From NCBI GenBank assembly GCA_964016885.1, contig OZ024754.1, forward strand, positions 31,124,001 to 31,188,000: a DNA stretch of 64,000 bases. Reading direction: 5' to 3'. The notes beneath the pieces are model-generated. The model worked only from the letters and a program-made list of their open reading frames with translations. It searched no databases and was not told where the DNA came from. Made by a program: the position numbers and the translations under genes. This document shows positions 1 to 12,738 of this stretch, one piece after another. Each line of letters starts with the position of its first letter. Position 1 is the first letter of the stretch. Source of the DNA: Eledone cirrhosa. Its lineage: Eukaryota.

Positions 1-21
1 TCAAATGTAGACTCAATAGAA

Positions 22-346
22 CATCATCATCATTTCATTTTACGTCCGCTTTTCCCTGCTTGCAAGGGTGGGACGGGAACTGATTTTGGCTTGATGCCCT
101 TCCTAACACCAACCTCATTTACAGTGAGTGCTGGGTGCTTTTTTGCCGTGGCACCTGCACGACCACTTTGCAGTGGAATGATATGGACCCCAGTCCCTAT
201 CATCTCGTTTCTACAGCTGAGTAAACTGGAGCAATGTGAAATAAAGTGTCTTGCTCAAGGAAACAACACATCACCCGGTCTGAGAATTGAACTCACAACC
301 TTTCGATTGCAAGGCCAATGCTCTAACCACTAAGCCATGTGCCTCC
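22..346 (-). mobile_element. tRNA-derived SINE family A (CORE-like body, RTE-type 3' tail)
   Basis: Minus strand begins GGAGGCACATGGCTTAGTGGTTAGAGC (A box), then GAGTTCAATTC (B box) and CCTTGAGCAAGACACTT (CORE-like). It ends CCCGTCCCACCCTTGCAAGCAGGGAAAAGCGGACGTAAAATGA plus (GAT)n. Near-identical copies recur in the window. Confidence 0.9.
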
Positions 347-384
347 ATATATTAGATAATTTAATGTAGATAAACCTACATATA

Positions 385-765
385 TCATCATCATCATCAT
401 CATTTCCTTTTACGTCCGCTTTTCCCTGCTTGCAAGGGTGGGACGGGAATTGATTCTGGCTTGATTTCTACAGCTGGATGCCCTACCTAACACCAACCTC
501 ATTTTACAGTGAGTGCTGGGTGCTTTTTTCTGTGGCGCCTACATGTCCATTTTACAGTGTGGGCTGGGTGCTTTTTTGCCGTGGCACCTCCACGACCACT
601 TTGCAGTGGAATGATAGGGACCCCAGTCCCTATCATCTCATTTCTACAGCTGAGTAAACTGGAGCAATGTGAAATAAAGTGTCTTGCTCAAGGAAACAAC
701 ACATCACCCGGTCTGAGAATTGAACTCACAACCTTTCGATTGCAAGGCCAATGCTCTAACCAGTA
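385..765 (-). mobile_element. SINE family A copy with an extra internal subrepeat; head cut by the adjacent fold-back element
   Basis: Same sequence as 22-346 with a duplicated GGTG..AAAAGCACCCAGC..CTGTAAA unit; stops at CTCTAACCAGTAA. Confidence 0.88.
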
Positions 766-987
766 AAGATGCTGATGTTACATAAATCATTTATTCATTA
801 TAATTATTTCAACGGTTCTCCCATGCAATCAAGATGTAATTCGATTCTGCGATATGCCGCCGGCAGGAAAAACACATTCTTTTCATCTGAGGACAGTAAC
901 AAATACATGAATTACATCTTGATTGCATGGGAGAACCGTTGAAATAATTATAATGAATAAACGATTTATGTAACATCAGCATCTTTA
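764..987 (+). mobile_element. Fold-back PLE terminal-repeat remnant (79-bp inverted arms)
   Basis: 764-842 is the reverse complement of 909-987 with about one mismatch. The segment contains an HHR core followed by AATAAA. Confidence 0.75.
882..957 (+). ncRNA. Type I hammerhead ribozyme-like motif
   Basis: TTCAT-CTGAGGA-(47 nt)-GAAA-TAATTA-TA-ATGAA: stem I TTCAT/ATGAA, palindromic stem III, AUA site. Stem II is poorly paired. Confidence 0.6.
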
Positions 988-1002
988 TTAATGTTATTAT
1001 TA

Positions 1003-1190
1003 TGAATTGGCAGTATCGGTAGAGAGTTGGACGCCATGCTTTCTAGCATAGTTACGTCCCTTTACAGTCTGAGTTCAAATCCCGCCGAGGTTAACTTTGC
1101 CTTTCATCCTTACGGGGTCGATAAAATAAAAGTACCAGTAATGTACTGGGTAATTGCTGGCCTATAGTGCCTAATGTAGAAACAATTATT
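1003..1190 (+). mobile_element. tRNA-derived SINE family B
   Basis: TGGCAGTATCGG (A box) and GAGTTCAAATCC (B box), body CTTTGCCTTTCATCCTTACGGGGTCGATAAAATAAAGTACCAG, end AGAAACAATTATT. More than ten copies in the window. Confidence 0.88.
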
Positions 1191-1406
1191 CTACTGAATC
1201 TCCATCATAACTACAAACTACGAATGTTGAGAGCTTTCTCCTGCTTGCTCCTGTTTTTACCAAAACTATCTCTTTGGAACACAATATATACATATATATA
1301 TACATAAATTATCCTGCGTTGGTTTTCTCGTTGCTTTGGTCCTTGCGGCTGGCTCACCAGTCGCAATCTTCAATTTGTCAAGCTGTCTAAACATAATGTT
1401 ATTATT

Positions 1407-1592
1407 TGGATTGGCAGTATCGGTAGAGGGTCGGACGCCATGCTTTCTAGCATAGTTACGTCCCTTTACAGTCTGAGTTCAAATCCCGCCGAGGTTAACT
1501 TTGCCTTTCATCCTTACGGGGTCGATAAAATAAAGTACCAGTAATGCACTGGAACAATTGCTGGCCTTGTGCCAAAAGTAGAAACAATTATT
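1407..1592 (+). mobile_element. SINE family B copy
   Basis: Near-identical to 1003-1190. Confidence 0.88.
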
Positions 1593-1835
1593 TAGAAATA
1601 CGAAATTTCTATACATATTGTATAAAGCTATGCTTGAAGCAAAATCTTATTTCTTTTATATATATATATGTATGTATTTATGTACTCAGAGAAGGCGAAG
1701 TATTGTAACAACATGCAGCTTCGTTCGTCTCAGGGTAAAAAAAAACATAAACACACTTTTTTCTTCTCTGTTTTTTCTTTGATTGTTTCCTTAAAGTTTA
1801 CCATCATTCTGTTGGTTTACATCTATTGCGCAATT

Positions 1836-1893
1836 TACACCTGAAGATGTCACCAGGTTCTTAGGCAACCTGGTCACTGAAATGGGCATAGTA
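1836..1893 (+). ncRNA. Degenerate hammerhead-like motif
   Basis: CTGAAGA-T-GTCACCAGGTT..AACCTGGTCAC-T-GAAA-TGGGCA-TA followed by AATAAA. Stem I is weak. Confidence 0.45.
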
Positions 1894-3143
1894 TTTACAG
1901 AAATAAATAATTAAGGAAATTCAACATATTTGGCCTCCTGTCATTTCACGTTATAATATATATAGTGTTAGAAGGTAAGGGGACACAAACAAGAGATGAG
2001 AAGTTTCCCTTCGTCAACTGTTTACTACGGATCATGGATGTTTTGGCGCATTATAAACAAAACATCGATCCATAACGCGCCCATGGCTTTTTATCTATCA
2101 AAAGGCCATGGGGGAAAGAAGTGATAGCGAAAAGAGGGGAAGAAAGAAAAAGGGAAGAAGAAAAAAAGGAAAAAAAAAACGAAGTAAACATACCGATAGA
2201 AAGGGGAACACAGGACAATGGCACTGTATGTGAGTAACCGGAGAGAAAATAGATCAAGTTAAATAGAAGTATTATATCATAAATTCATTGGAGAGGATAT
2301 TATTATATATTACGTTAGATGCCTTAATCAAGAGCAAAGCATGCTCAATTCTTGAAGTTGCAATAACAAATATTAAAGTGGAGTTAGTACTTAGGAAGAA
2401 TTAATATGCAGAGGATATAAGCAGAGGCGAATATAAACAGGAAATTATGATTAAGAATCAAAACACACTTATCAACACACACATATATACATATATATAT
2501 ATATATGTGTTGGTATTTTAACGATAGTTATAGCTCTGATTTTTCCAAATTATTGAGCCCTCTGCCACATATATCGGATATTGTTTATCGTGATTTCGTG
2601 GGCTGATATTCTGATTCTCGATTATTCTACTATATATATAGAGAGAGAGATTGTAATATATTGCTTTATAATGTTGCAAAATGTAAACATTTATATATAC
2701 TTTATAGTGAGGCTTACACTTTAAAAATTATAGATATGCCAACATTCAAGTGTAGATATATTTAGATATACTTCATTTCAAAGGAAGGATATTGTTTATC
2801 AAGATGATATCTATCACCATTGTCATCACCATTGTCATCACCATCATCATCACCATCGTCATCACCATCGTCATCACCATCGTCATCATCATCATTGTCA
2901 GCGCCATTTAACGTCTGCTATTCCCTAAACCATTGAAGATTAATATATCAAGATAGATAGTACATAAACCTATATATCAAGACAGATGGGACATTTAATG
3001 TGTGGTCAATAAGATTAAATCTGAGTTACAGATTGATAAGGTAAAAAAAACCCCAGCTAAATTACAATTACATAACCAATACTATTATAGAAACTGTGAA
3101 TCATCTTGTTTTGAAGCTAATATTAATAATGAATTTACAATGG

Positions 3144-3177
<34 letters not shown>

Positions 3178-3179
3178 CG

Positions 3180-3373
3180 AAGGAAATGTGGTAAGGAACC
3201 AGGTGGACCATAACGCACCAAAGTACTCAATACTTAGGGTAGTAGAGTGGGTAATAAGAATGAGTAGGACCCTGACGGCTGAGCTCAAGCCATTTCGACG
3301 GCTAATTCTGGACTACTAATCCAGAATTAGCTGTCAAAACGGCTTGAGCTCAGCCGTCGGGGTCCTACTCATT

Positions 3374-3378
<5 letters not shown>
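3180..3378 (-). mobile_element. PLE terminal-repeat remnant with terminal fold-back (family shared with 46735 and 58838)
   Basis: Arms 3254-3312 and 3320-3378. Contains the HHR 3' half GAAA-TGGC..GCCG-TC. Homologous to 58901-59040 and 46735-46850; flanked by (TA)n. Confidence 0.7.
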
Positions 3379-3426
<48 letters not shown>

Positions 3427-3490
3427 CAACTGGCATGACACCCATAATTTTGATTTGGATTAAATTCATTTTAATTTATCTTAATTTTGG

Positions 3491-3524
<34 letters not shown>

Positions 3525-4065
3525 ATGTGTCTGATGGTAGCTAAAATGCTTCCATAGGCGGTATGCCGGTTGAGCACTCTATGCTCTTACAGAGCAGAGT
3601 ATGATATATTAGAAAACGAAAAATCAGTGATGCATCTGAACTCAATTTATTGTGTGTTACAATTGTTTCGCCGGCAGACAACTCGAGACGCAATCATTGT
3701 GTGGATCTGTCTGATTCTGGACCTGCAGGTTCGACGGACACGTCTAATGATTTCGGAGCATATTCTCTGTGAGCATATACAAAATACAGATATAAATACA
3801 TGTATATAGTCTAACAAAGTTCTGTTGTTGATAATAGTACCACTGCTGATGTTGCAGATGTGCAACAAAAGAACTTTGTTAGATTATATATATGTATTTA
3901 TATCTGTATTTTTTACCGTTGGTCAGTCAGTGATAAACATTGATGGCCAAATGAATTAACTATGGAGTTATAAAAGATACAGAAGCAAAAACCAACCAAA
4001 CAGTGAGTGTGTTCTGTTATTATTTCTGGCAATATTATTAGAACAATATGACCCTCCCCAAGTAT

Positions 4066-4161
<96 letters not shown>

Positions 4162-4349
4162 ATGTGTCTGATGGTAGCTAAAATGCTTCCATATATATAT
4201 ATATACATACATATATATGTGTGTGTGTATATATATACATAAAGACCATTATTGTTCCACCCAGCATCTACTCAGCATCAACAACTACCATAAATATATA
4301 TACCTATACATTACACATATATACACTATATTCTCATATATATATAGTC

Positions 4350-4796
4350 CCACTACCCCCACCCCATCCACACCACCCCTTTCAATGTAAAGTTATGTTG
4401 GTACCACAACATCCAGTCCGAAACAAATGAGGTTGTGCAGGTGTCACGACAAAAAAACACACAGTCCATGCTGTAATGTGGCCGTGTAGGCAACACGGTA
4501 AAAACCTCCCAGTCCCACACTGTAAATGTGGTTGGTGTTAGGAAGGGCATCCAGCTGTAGAAAACCCGCCAGACAGTCCATGCTGTAATGTGGCCGTGTA
4601 GGCAACACGGTAAAAACCTCCCAGTCCCACACTGTAAACGTGGTTGGTGTTAGGAAGGGCATCCAGCCGTAGAAAACCCGCCAGACAGTCCTATGCGAGC
4701 AAGACAACCACTCTTACCTCAAGTGGGAAAACTCCCGTCCAAACCTATGCAAGCGTGGAAGATGGACGTTAAACGATGATGATGATGATGATGATG
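4350..4796 (+). mobile_element. Non-autonomous RTE-related element (SINE-like), family C, with an internal ~112-bp duplication
   Basis: Contains GGTTGGTGTTAGGAAGGGCATCCAG twice and ends CCTATGCAAGCGTGGAAGATGGACGTTAAAC(GAT)n. Homologous to 23728-24085 on the minus strand. Confidence 0.7.
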
Positions 4797-4807
4797 GTAG
4801 ACATATA

Positions 4808-4984
4808 CAGTGAAATACCGTTATAACGAAATTCACAGGGTATTAAAAAAAAATGTGTTGTAACGAAAAATTCTCTATAATGAGATTGACCTAACACATT
4901 GAGGGTGTGTCTGAGGATTGAAAAATATTTCGTTATACTAAAAAATTCGTTATAATGGTATTTGTTATAATGGAATTTTACCTG
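4808..4984. mobile_element. Tc1/mariner (pogo/Tigger-like) MITE
   Basis: TA-flanked, with imperfect TIRs CAGTGAAATACCGTTATAACGAA and TTGTTATAATGGAATTTTACCTG. Confidence 0.65.
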
Positions 4985-5117
4985 TATATATATATATATA
5001 TATATACCGGTGTGTCTTTGTTACTTGCAATTGTTATAATGAATGTTCTTTACTTTGTCATATGCATTTTGCTTCATTGTTTATACATACATACAGACAC
5101 ATTTACATACATACATG

Positions 5118-5208
<91 letters not shown>

Positions 5209-5824
5209 CCCATGCAAGTATGAAAAAGTAAATGTAAAACGATGATGACGATATATATATTGAAACAATGATGATGTATCAATATATATATTTATATATA
5301 TAAAATTTCAGGTTATCAATAATGTAGTGATAATACATCGTTACGTTAGAGATGAACAGCGTACGTGCAGGTTTGCTCAACGAGTATAAATTATATTCCG
5401 GAGAAATGGAGAAAGGATGAATATAAAATGAAAGTGCTTTTGTTAAAAAAGGAATTTATTAGGTATTGACATATGTTTCTGTAACAGACCGAATACCTAT
5501 GTATCGCTGCTTGCGTAATCATATAATGTTAGCAAGTATTCGATAGCAAATGTATAATCAGTTGTCACTTCTTCAGAGATTTTGGATATATTGGATAAAA
5601 TCAGAAAAATTGAAGTATTTATATTAGTAAAAGAGGAAGGAACAGAGGGGATAGTATATGACAGATGGTAAAATAATTTACTGCTAAACAAGTATATAAT
5701 GGGTTTCTAATGAGAATACCATGAGTAAATCTAAATAAGAATTTTGGGAGTGCCAATTTTAATCTCTACTTGACCAACTGGACAGTGGATAGGGCTGGTC
5801 ATTTGGTGCAGTAGTATTAATTAT

Positions 5825-6810
5825 CTGTCGTCCAACCAACAAACCTTCAAAGAACATGCCGAGTATTATGATGATGCACTTAGGAAAGCCGGTCACCTAG
5901 ATAATATAGAGTATATAGTCAAAGATCACCAAAACACCCAAAATAAATCACATAGGAGTAGAAATAGCACAGAATCACCACCATACATACACTACCGCAA
6001 TAGACACAATAATAGTTGCACACCACCAAACAGAAGGCGATGTAAGGAGTATATTTGGTACAACCCGGTCTATAACAACTCTATTAAAACCAATCTACCC
6101 TCAAAATTCTTTCGATTAGTTAAAAAACACTTTCCAACATCACATAAATATAATAAAATCTTAAACCCTAACACTATTCGACTTTCATATTCAACCGCCC
6201 CTAATATTGAACAACATATAAAAAAGCTTAACGCAAAACGGTTGTATAAACGCCTTCCAACACATAACAATACACGTAAAACATTAGCTATAACATCACA
6301 AAACAACAAACAACATCCTGTCCTACATAAGCAACCTCATCAACCCATCCATGGCAATACAACAACGCAAAATTATAATTGCAACTGTGTCCAACCAGGA
6401 ATGTGTCCGTTGAACAATCAGTGTCTTGAACGCAACATCGTATACAAATGTACTATCGAATCGGATAGACAGAAGTGGTACTATGTGGGATCTACAGCCA
6501 CCTCCTTCAAATCACGCCTTTATAGACATCGTTACTCGATAAAACATGAAAACCAGCGTTATGTAACAACACTCGCAGACAAGGCTTGGCAGCTGCGTGA
6601 AAATAACCAACAATTTCACCTAAAATGGGATATAATAGTGGCTGCCCCCCCATTACCCATGGACAGGAATTTTGTAAATTATGTAATGTAGAATTATTTT
6701 GTATTATGAAATCCAAAAACATTTTATTAAATAACAGAATAGAGCGATCGTTATACTGTAGCCATCGCTTAAAATCTACATTTTCATATTATAAATACTA
6801 CCAGGATTGA
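5825..6810 (+). pseudogene. PLE ORF C-terminus: thumb/linker, Cys-rich finger and GIY-YIG endonuclease (Naiad-like; frameshifted)
   Basis: The frame is open from 5825 and reads LSSNQQTFKEHAEYYDDALRKAGH, IWYNPVYNNSIKTN, CNCVQPGMCPLNNQC, NIVYKCTI, YYVGSTATSFKSRLYRH. After a frameshift at the C-run near 6645-6651 it reads CKLCNVELFCI, LLNNRIE, CSHR. Clade assignment is from recalled motifs. Confidence 0.85.
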
Positions 6811-7277
6811 ACGCCTGTCTCTATCCCAGTTTGATTGTCAAAATAGATATTAACATTCTTTATTAGTCTTAATTCTATCAACTCTTCTATTATTTACCTT
6901 TTAATACAAACTGCTATAGATAAAATGAGATTTCTGATTTCTTGATTCAATTCCCTAATGCATATACCAGCTGGCTACTAGCATTGATGTTATTTAGTAG
7001 CAATCGAAATCTCCCCTTTCCCCAATTGACACTTTATAATTAATACTACTGCACCAAATGACCAGCCCTGTCCACTGTCCAGTTGGTCAAGTAGAGATTA
7101 AAATTGGCACTCCCAAAATTCTTATTTAGATTTACTCATAGTATTCTCATTAGAAACCCATTATATACTTGTTTAGCAGTAAATTAATTTACCATCTGTC
7201 ATATACTATCCCCTCTGTTCCTTCCTCTTTTACTAATATAAATACTTCAATTTTTCTGATTTTATCCAATATATCCA

Positions 7278-7398
7278 AAATCTCTGAAGAAGTGACAACT
7301 GATTATACATTTGCTATCGAATACTTGCTAACATTATATGATTACGCAAGCAGCGATACATAGGTATTCGGTCTGTTACAGAAACATATGTCAATACC
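7278..7398 (+). ncRNA. Hammerhead core in the PLE terminal repeat, long stem II insert (mirror copy near 5462-5582, minus)
   Basis: CTGAAGA(7284)-A-GTGACA..TGTTAC-A-GAAA(7381)-CATATG-TC, then AATAAA. Palindromic stem III and GUC site; stem I is eroded. Confidence 0.65.
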
Positions 7399-7451
7399 TA
7401 ATAAATTCCTTTTTTAACAAAAGCACTTTCATTTTATATTCATCCTTTCTA

Positions 7452-7557
<106 letters not shown>

Positions 7558-7560
7558 TAC

Positions 7561-7599
<39 letters not shown>

Positions 7600-7657
7600 T
7601 GGTGGAGAGGAGACAGAGACTTTCATAAGCAGGGAGAATGAATGTTAAAGATGATCA

Positions 7658-7835
<178 letters not shown>

Positions 7836-8547
7836 TATATAATACAGACAGACGCAGCGATACATGCACACATGCCATTCCTCCACAGTCCAACAAATAT
7901 TATAAAATCAGAAGTAAACTTGTAAAACAAAAGCTTTTGAAGAACCTGGTGTCCACAATTGATATTCAATGTTTAACAATCTGTTCAATAGAAAAAATTT
8001 ACAGAGGTTTTCCAAAGTTCATTCTTGGTGTCAAGGAGTTGACTGTGTTTGGTAGTGAAAGAAAGAAGTTTCATTAGAGAGCAGCTCTGTTCTTTGTCAT
8101 AGGACATTGAATAGAAACAGAGAAAGAATATACTTATTCATATATATGTATTTGTTATATACAATACAAATATATATGGACTTAATATATATATACTACA
8201 ATACAAATATATATTGTATTTAGTATATACAGTACAAATATATATGTACGTGATCTGTTGGCTAACTGCATTTTCCAGCCTATCCTGTGGCGTTCCAGAT
8301 GTTTGGGGGAGTTGGGCTGATAACTGCAAGGTTCTTGTCTTCACTGGCAGCTCGCCTAATCAAGGTAACTGGTGATACTTGTGAGGGTGCATGGCTGTTC
8401 CAGCACCTCAGCATCGCCATCACCTGAGGTAACACTGCGAGTGTGCTGGCTTGCCTCGAAAATTATTAGAGAGGTTTCCCAGTGCAATATTGTTAACTTT
8501 TGCTCTGGCAGCAGTTCATTTGTCCACCCCTTTCACCCGCCTTTTGC

Positions 8548-11080
8548 TGTATGTGGTCCTAGATGTATGTATTAGCTGCTTGTGTGTTGTATGTGGTCCT
8601 AGATGTATGTATTAGCTTCTGGTGTGTTGTATGTGGTCCTAGGTATGTGTATTACCTGCTGGTGCATTGTATGTGGTCCTAGATGTATGTATTAGCTGCT
8701 TGTGTGTTGTATGTGGTCCTAGATGTGTGTATTACCTGCTTGTGTGTTGTATGTGGTCCTAGATGTATGTATTAGCTGCTGGTGTGTTGTATGTGGTCCT
8801 AGATGTATGTATTAGCTGCTTGTGTGTTGTATGTGGTCCTAGATGTATGTATTAGCTTCTGGTGTGTTGTATGTGGTCCTAGGTATGTGTATTACCTGCT
8901 GGTGCATTGTATGTGGTCCTAGATGTATGTATTAGCTGCTTGTGTGTTGTATGTGGTCCTAGATGTGTGTATTACCTGCTTGTGTGTTGTATGTGGTCCT
9001 AGATGTATGTATTAGCTGCTGGTGTGGTGCATGTGGTCCTAGATGTATGTATTAGCTGCTGGTGTGGTGCATGTGGCCCTAGATGTATGTATTAGCTGCT
9101 GGTGTGTTGTATGTGGTCCTAGATGTATGTATTAGCTGTTTGTGTGTTGTATGAGGTCCTAGATGTATGTATTAGCTGCTGGTGTGTTGTATGTGGTCCT
9201 AGATGTATGTATTAGCTGCTTGTGTGTTGTATGTGGTCCTAGATGTGTGTATTACCTGCTTGTGTGTTGTATGTGGTCCTAGATGTATGTATTAGCTGCT
9301 GGTGTGGTGCATGTGGTCCTAGATGTATGTATTAGCTGCTGGTGTATTGTATGTGGTCCTAGATGTATGTATTAGCTGCTTGTGTGTTGTATGTGGTCCT
9401 AGATGTATGTATTAGCTGCTGGTGTGTTGTATGTGGTCCTAGATGTATGTATTAGCTGCTTGTGTGTTGTATGAGGTCCTAGATGTATGTATTAGCTGCT
9501 TGTGTGTTGTATGTGGTCCTAGATGTGTGTATTACCTGCTTGTATGTTGTATGTGGTCCTAGATGTATGTATTAGCTGCTGGTGTGGTGCATGTGGTCCT
9601 AGATGTATGTATTAGCTGCTGGTGTGTTGTATGTGGTCCTAGATGTATGTATTAGCTGCTTGTGTGTTGTATGAGATCCTAGATGTATGTATTAGCTGCT
9701 TGTGTGTTGTATGTGGTCCTAGATGTGTGTATTACCTGCTTGTGTGTTGTATGTGGTCCTAGATGTATGTATTAGCTGCTGGTGTGGTGCATGTGGTCCT
9801 AGATGTATGTATTAGCTGCTGGTGTGTTGTATGTGGTCCTAGATGTATGTATTAGCTGCTTGTGTGTTGTATGAGGTCCTAGATGTATGTATTAGCTGCT
9901 TGTGTGTTGTATGTGGTCCTAGATGTATGTATTAGCTGCTGGTGTGTTGTATGTGGTCCTAGATGTATGTATTAGCTGCTGGTGTGTTGTATGTGGTCCT
10001 AGATGTATGTATTAGCTGCTTGTGTGTTGTATGTGGTCCTAGATGTATGTATTAGCTGCTGGTGTGTTGTATGAGGTCCTAGATGTATGTATTAGCTGCT
10101 GGTGTGTTGTATGTGGTCCTAGATGTATGTATTACCTGCTGGTGTGTTGTATGTGGTCTTAGATGTATGTATTACCTGCTTGTGTGTTGTATGTGGTCCT
10201 AGATGTGTGTATTACCTGCTTGTGTGCTGTATGTGGTCCTAGATGTATGTATTAGCCGCTTGTGTGTTGTATGTGGTCCTAGATGTATGTATTAGCTGCT
10301 TGTGTGTTGTATGTGGTCCTAGATGTGTGTATTACCTGCTGGTGTGTTGTATGAGGTCGTAGATGTATGTATTAGCTGCTTGTTTGGTGCATGTGGTCCT
10401 AGATGTGTGTATTACCTGCTTGTGTGTTGTATGTGGTCCTAGATGTGTGTATTACCTGCTGGTGTGTTGTATGTGGTCTTAGATGTATGTATTACCTGCT
10501 GGTGTGTTGTATGTGGTCCTAGATGTATGTATTAGATGCTTGTGTGTTGTATGTGGTCCTAGATGTATGTATTAGCTGCTTGTGTGTTGTATGTGGTCCT
10601 AGATGTATGTATTAGCTGCTTGTGTGTTGTATGTGGTCCTAGATGTGTGTATTACCTGATGGTGTGTTGTATGTGGTCCTAGATGTATGTATTAGCTGCT
10701 TGTGTGTTGTATGTGGTCCTAGATGTATGTATTACCTGCTTGTGTGTTGTATGTGGTCCTAGATGTATGTATTAGCTGCTTGTGTGTTGTATGTGGTCCT
10801 AGATGTGTGTATTACCTGATGGTGTGTTGTATGTGGTCCTAGATGTATGTATTAGCTGCTTGTGTGTTGTATGTGGTCCTAGATGTTTGTATTACCTGCT
10901 TGTGTGTTGTATGTGGTCCTTGATGTATGTATTACCTGCTGGTGGTGTGTTGTATGTGGTCCTAGATGTGTGTATTACCTGCTGGTGGTGTGTTGTATGT
11001 GGTCCTAGATGTGTGTATTACCTGCTGGTGTGTTGTATGTGGTCCTAGATGTGTGTATTACTTGTTTGTGTGTTGTATGT
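8548..11080. repeat. 40-bp minisatellite, about 63 units
   Basis: Unit GTATGTGGTCCTAGATGTATGTATTAGCTGCTTGTGTGTT, with a 240-bp higher-order duplication near the start. Confidence 0.97.
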
Positions 11081-11560
11081 ACAGTAGATATTTTAGGCCA
11101 TGGAGTAAATGAAATGGTTAATAGAAGAGAAAGATAGGAGTTAGAAATATTCAGCTAATCGCAGTACTCACTGCTCCATGAATGATTTCTTTTAGCATAC
11201 ATTTGTTATGTTATTTATTGCAATGAAATGCATTTTAATGATGGAGACAGCTATCCTTAGATACGTCAGTACTTGCTGACTCATTAAATTTATTTGATAT
11301 CCTATAATTATCCCATGTCTTTCATGAGATTTCAACAAAAAAGATATCTATATATACATATATATAATAGAAAGAATTAATTACCAGCCATTAACACAAC
11401 TTACTCTTAATTAAATTTAATTATTATCATAAGATTATTAGGCATTCAAAAGCAAAATCCCTTTGGCTGCTCAATAAAAGAAATCCATTACAAGCGAGAT
11501 ATGATAACAAAGTTGTTTAATGAATGGAACGTGGCTTTGATACTTTAACAGACATACTTA

Positions 11561-11715
11561 GCTGCTGATGTTGCTGTTGGTGATGCTGTTGCTGTTGGTG
11601 ATGCTGCTGTTGTTGCTGCTGCTGCTGCTGTTGATGCTGCTGTTGATGCTGCTGCTGTTGCTGTTGGTGCTGATGCTGCTGTTGGTGGTGGTGCTGCTGT
11701 TGATGCTACTGCTGC

Positions 11716-11789
<74 letters not shown>

Positions 11790-11881
11790 ATGATGGTGAT
11801 GATGATGATGACGACGACGTTGCTGTTGATGCTGCTATTGTTGCTGTTTGATGATGACGATGATGATGTTGCTGTTGATGA

Positions 11882-11916
<35 letters not shown>

Positions 11917-11931
11917 CTGTTGATGATGATT

Positions 11932-11967
<36 letters not shown>

Positions 11968-12375
11968 CTGCTGCTGTTGATGATGCTGTTGTTGTTGCTG
12001 TTGATGCTGCTGCTATTGATGCTGCTGCTCTTGCTATTGCTGCTGTTGTTGCTGCTGCTGTTGTTGCTGCTGCTGTTGGTGCCTCTGCTGTTGTTGCTGC
12101 TGCTGTTGTTGCTGCTGCTGTTGTTGCTGCTGCTGTTGTTGCTGCTGCTGTTGTTGCTGTTGTTGCTGCTGCTGTTGGTGCATCTGCTGTTGTTGCTGCT
12201 GCTGTTGTTGCTGCTGCTGTTGTTGCTGCTGCTGTTGTTGCTGGTGCTGTTGTTGCTGCTGCTTTTGGTGCCTCTGCTGTTGTTGCTGCTGCTGTTGGTG
12301 CCTCTGCTGTTGTTGCTGCTGCTGTTGGTGCCTCTGCTGTTGGTGCCTCTGCTGTTGTTGCTGCTGCTGCTGTCA
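11561..12375. repeat. Compound (GCT)n/(GAT)n/(GTT)n trinucleotide tract
   Basis: Seen directly in the sequence. Confidence 0.95.
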
Positions 12376-12549
12376 GTTCAATGAAAGAGGCTTCATATCT
12401 TCCATATCCTTACTCAAGGACCGTTTGTGATATCAATGAGTTAAGTTGGCCACCAATGATTCATTGAAACTTCCCCCAAAGGTAAAATTGAGTTGACAGG
12501 ATCAAGGAGACAACTAATAACCATTATTTAATCCCATTATATTAAAGTA

Positions 12550-12738
12550 CGGTGGATTGGCAGTATCGGTAGAGGGTCGGACGCCATGCTTTCCAGCATA
12601 ATTACGTCCCTTTACGGTCTAAGTTCAAATCCCGCTGAGGTTGACTTTGCCTTCCATCCTTACGGGGTCGATAAAATAAAGTACCAGTGATGTACTGAGG
12701 TAATTGCTGGCCTTGTGCCTAAAGTAGAAACAATTATA
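12550..12738 (+). mobile_element. SINE family B copy
   Basis: Matches 1003-1190. Confidence 0.87.

Larger units (their letters stand above)
5410..7450 (+). mobile_element. 5'-truncated Penelope-like element with inverted terminal repeat (~415-bp arms)
   Basis: 5410-5824 is almost exactly the reverse complement of 7036-7450. The arms enclose a GIY-YIG coding fragment and contain an HHR. Confidence 0.9.

Noticed and set aside
91-333. Recurrent 70-85 aa ORF (MPFLTPTSFTV...) as a small gene family
   Set aside because: Antisense reading of SINE A.
275-346. tRNA gene
   Set aside because: This is the tRNA-derived head of a SINE, attached to the same body wherever it is intact.
5825-7035. Selenocysteine recoding, reported for some Naiad PLEs
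   Set aside because: No in-frame TGA at Cys positions in the retained fragment, and no SECIS that I could identify.
8250-8550. Unique, higher-GC segment as a coding exon
   Set aside because: Stops in all minus-strand frames and no recognisable protein motif on either strand.
11568-12467. Poly-Leu/Ala/Asp ORF, and similar His-, Thr- and Gly-rich ORFs at 17-19.7, 37-40 and 47.6-48.2 kb
   Set aside because: Microsatellite-derived, with no unique domain or splice support.
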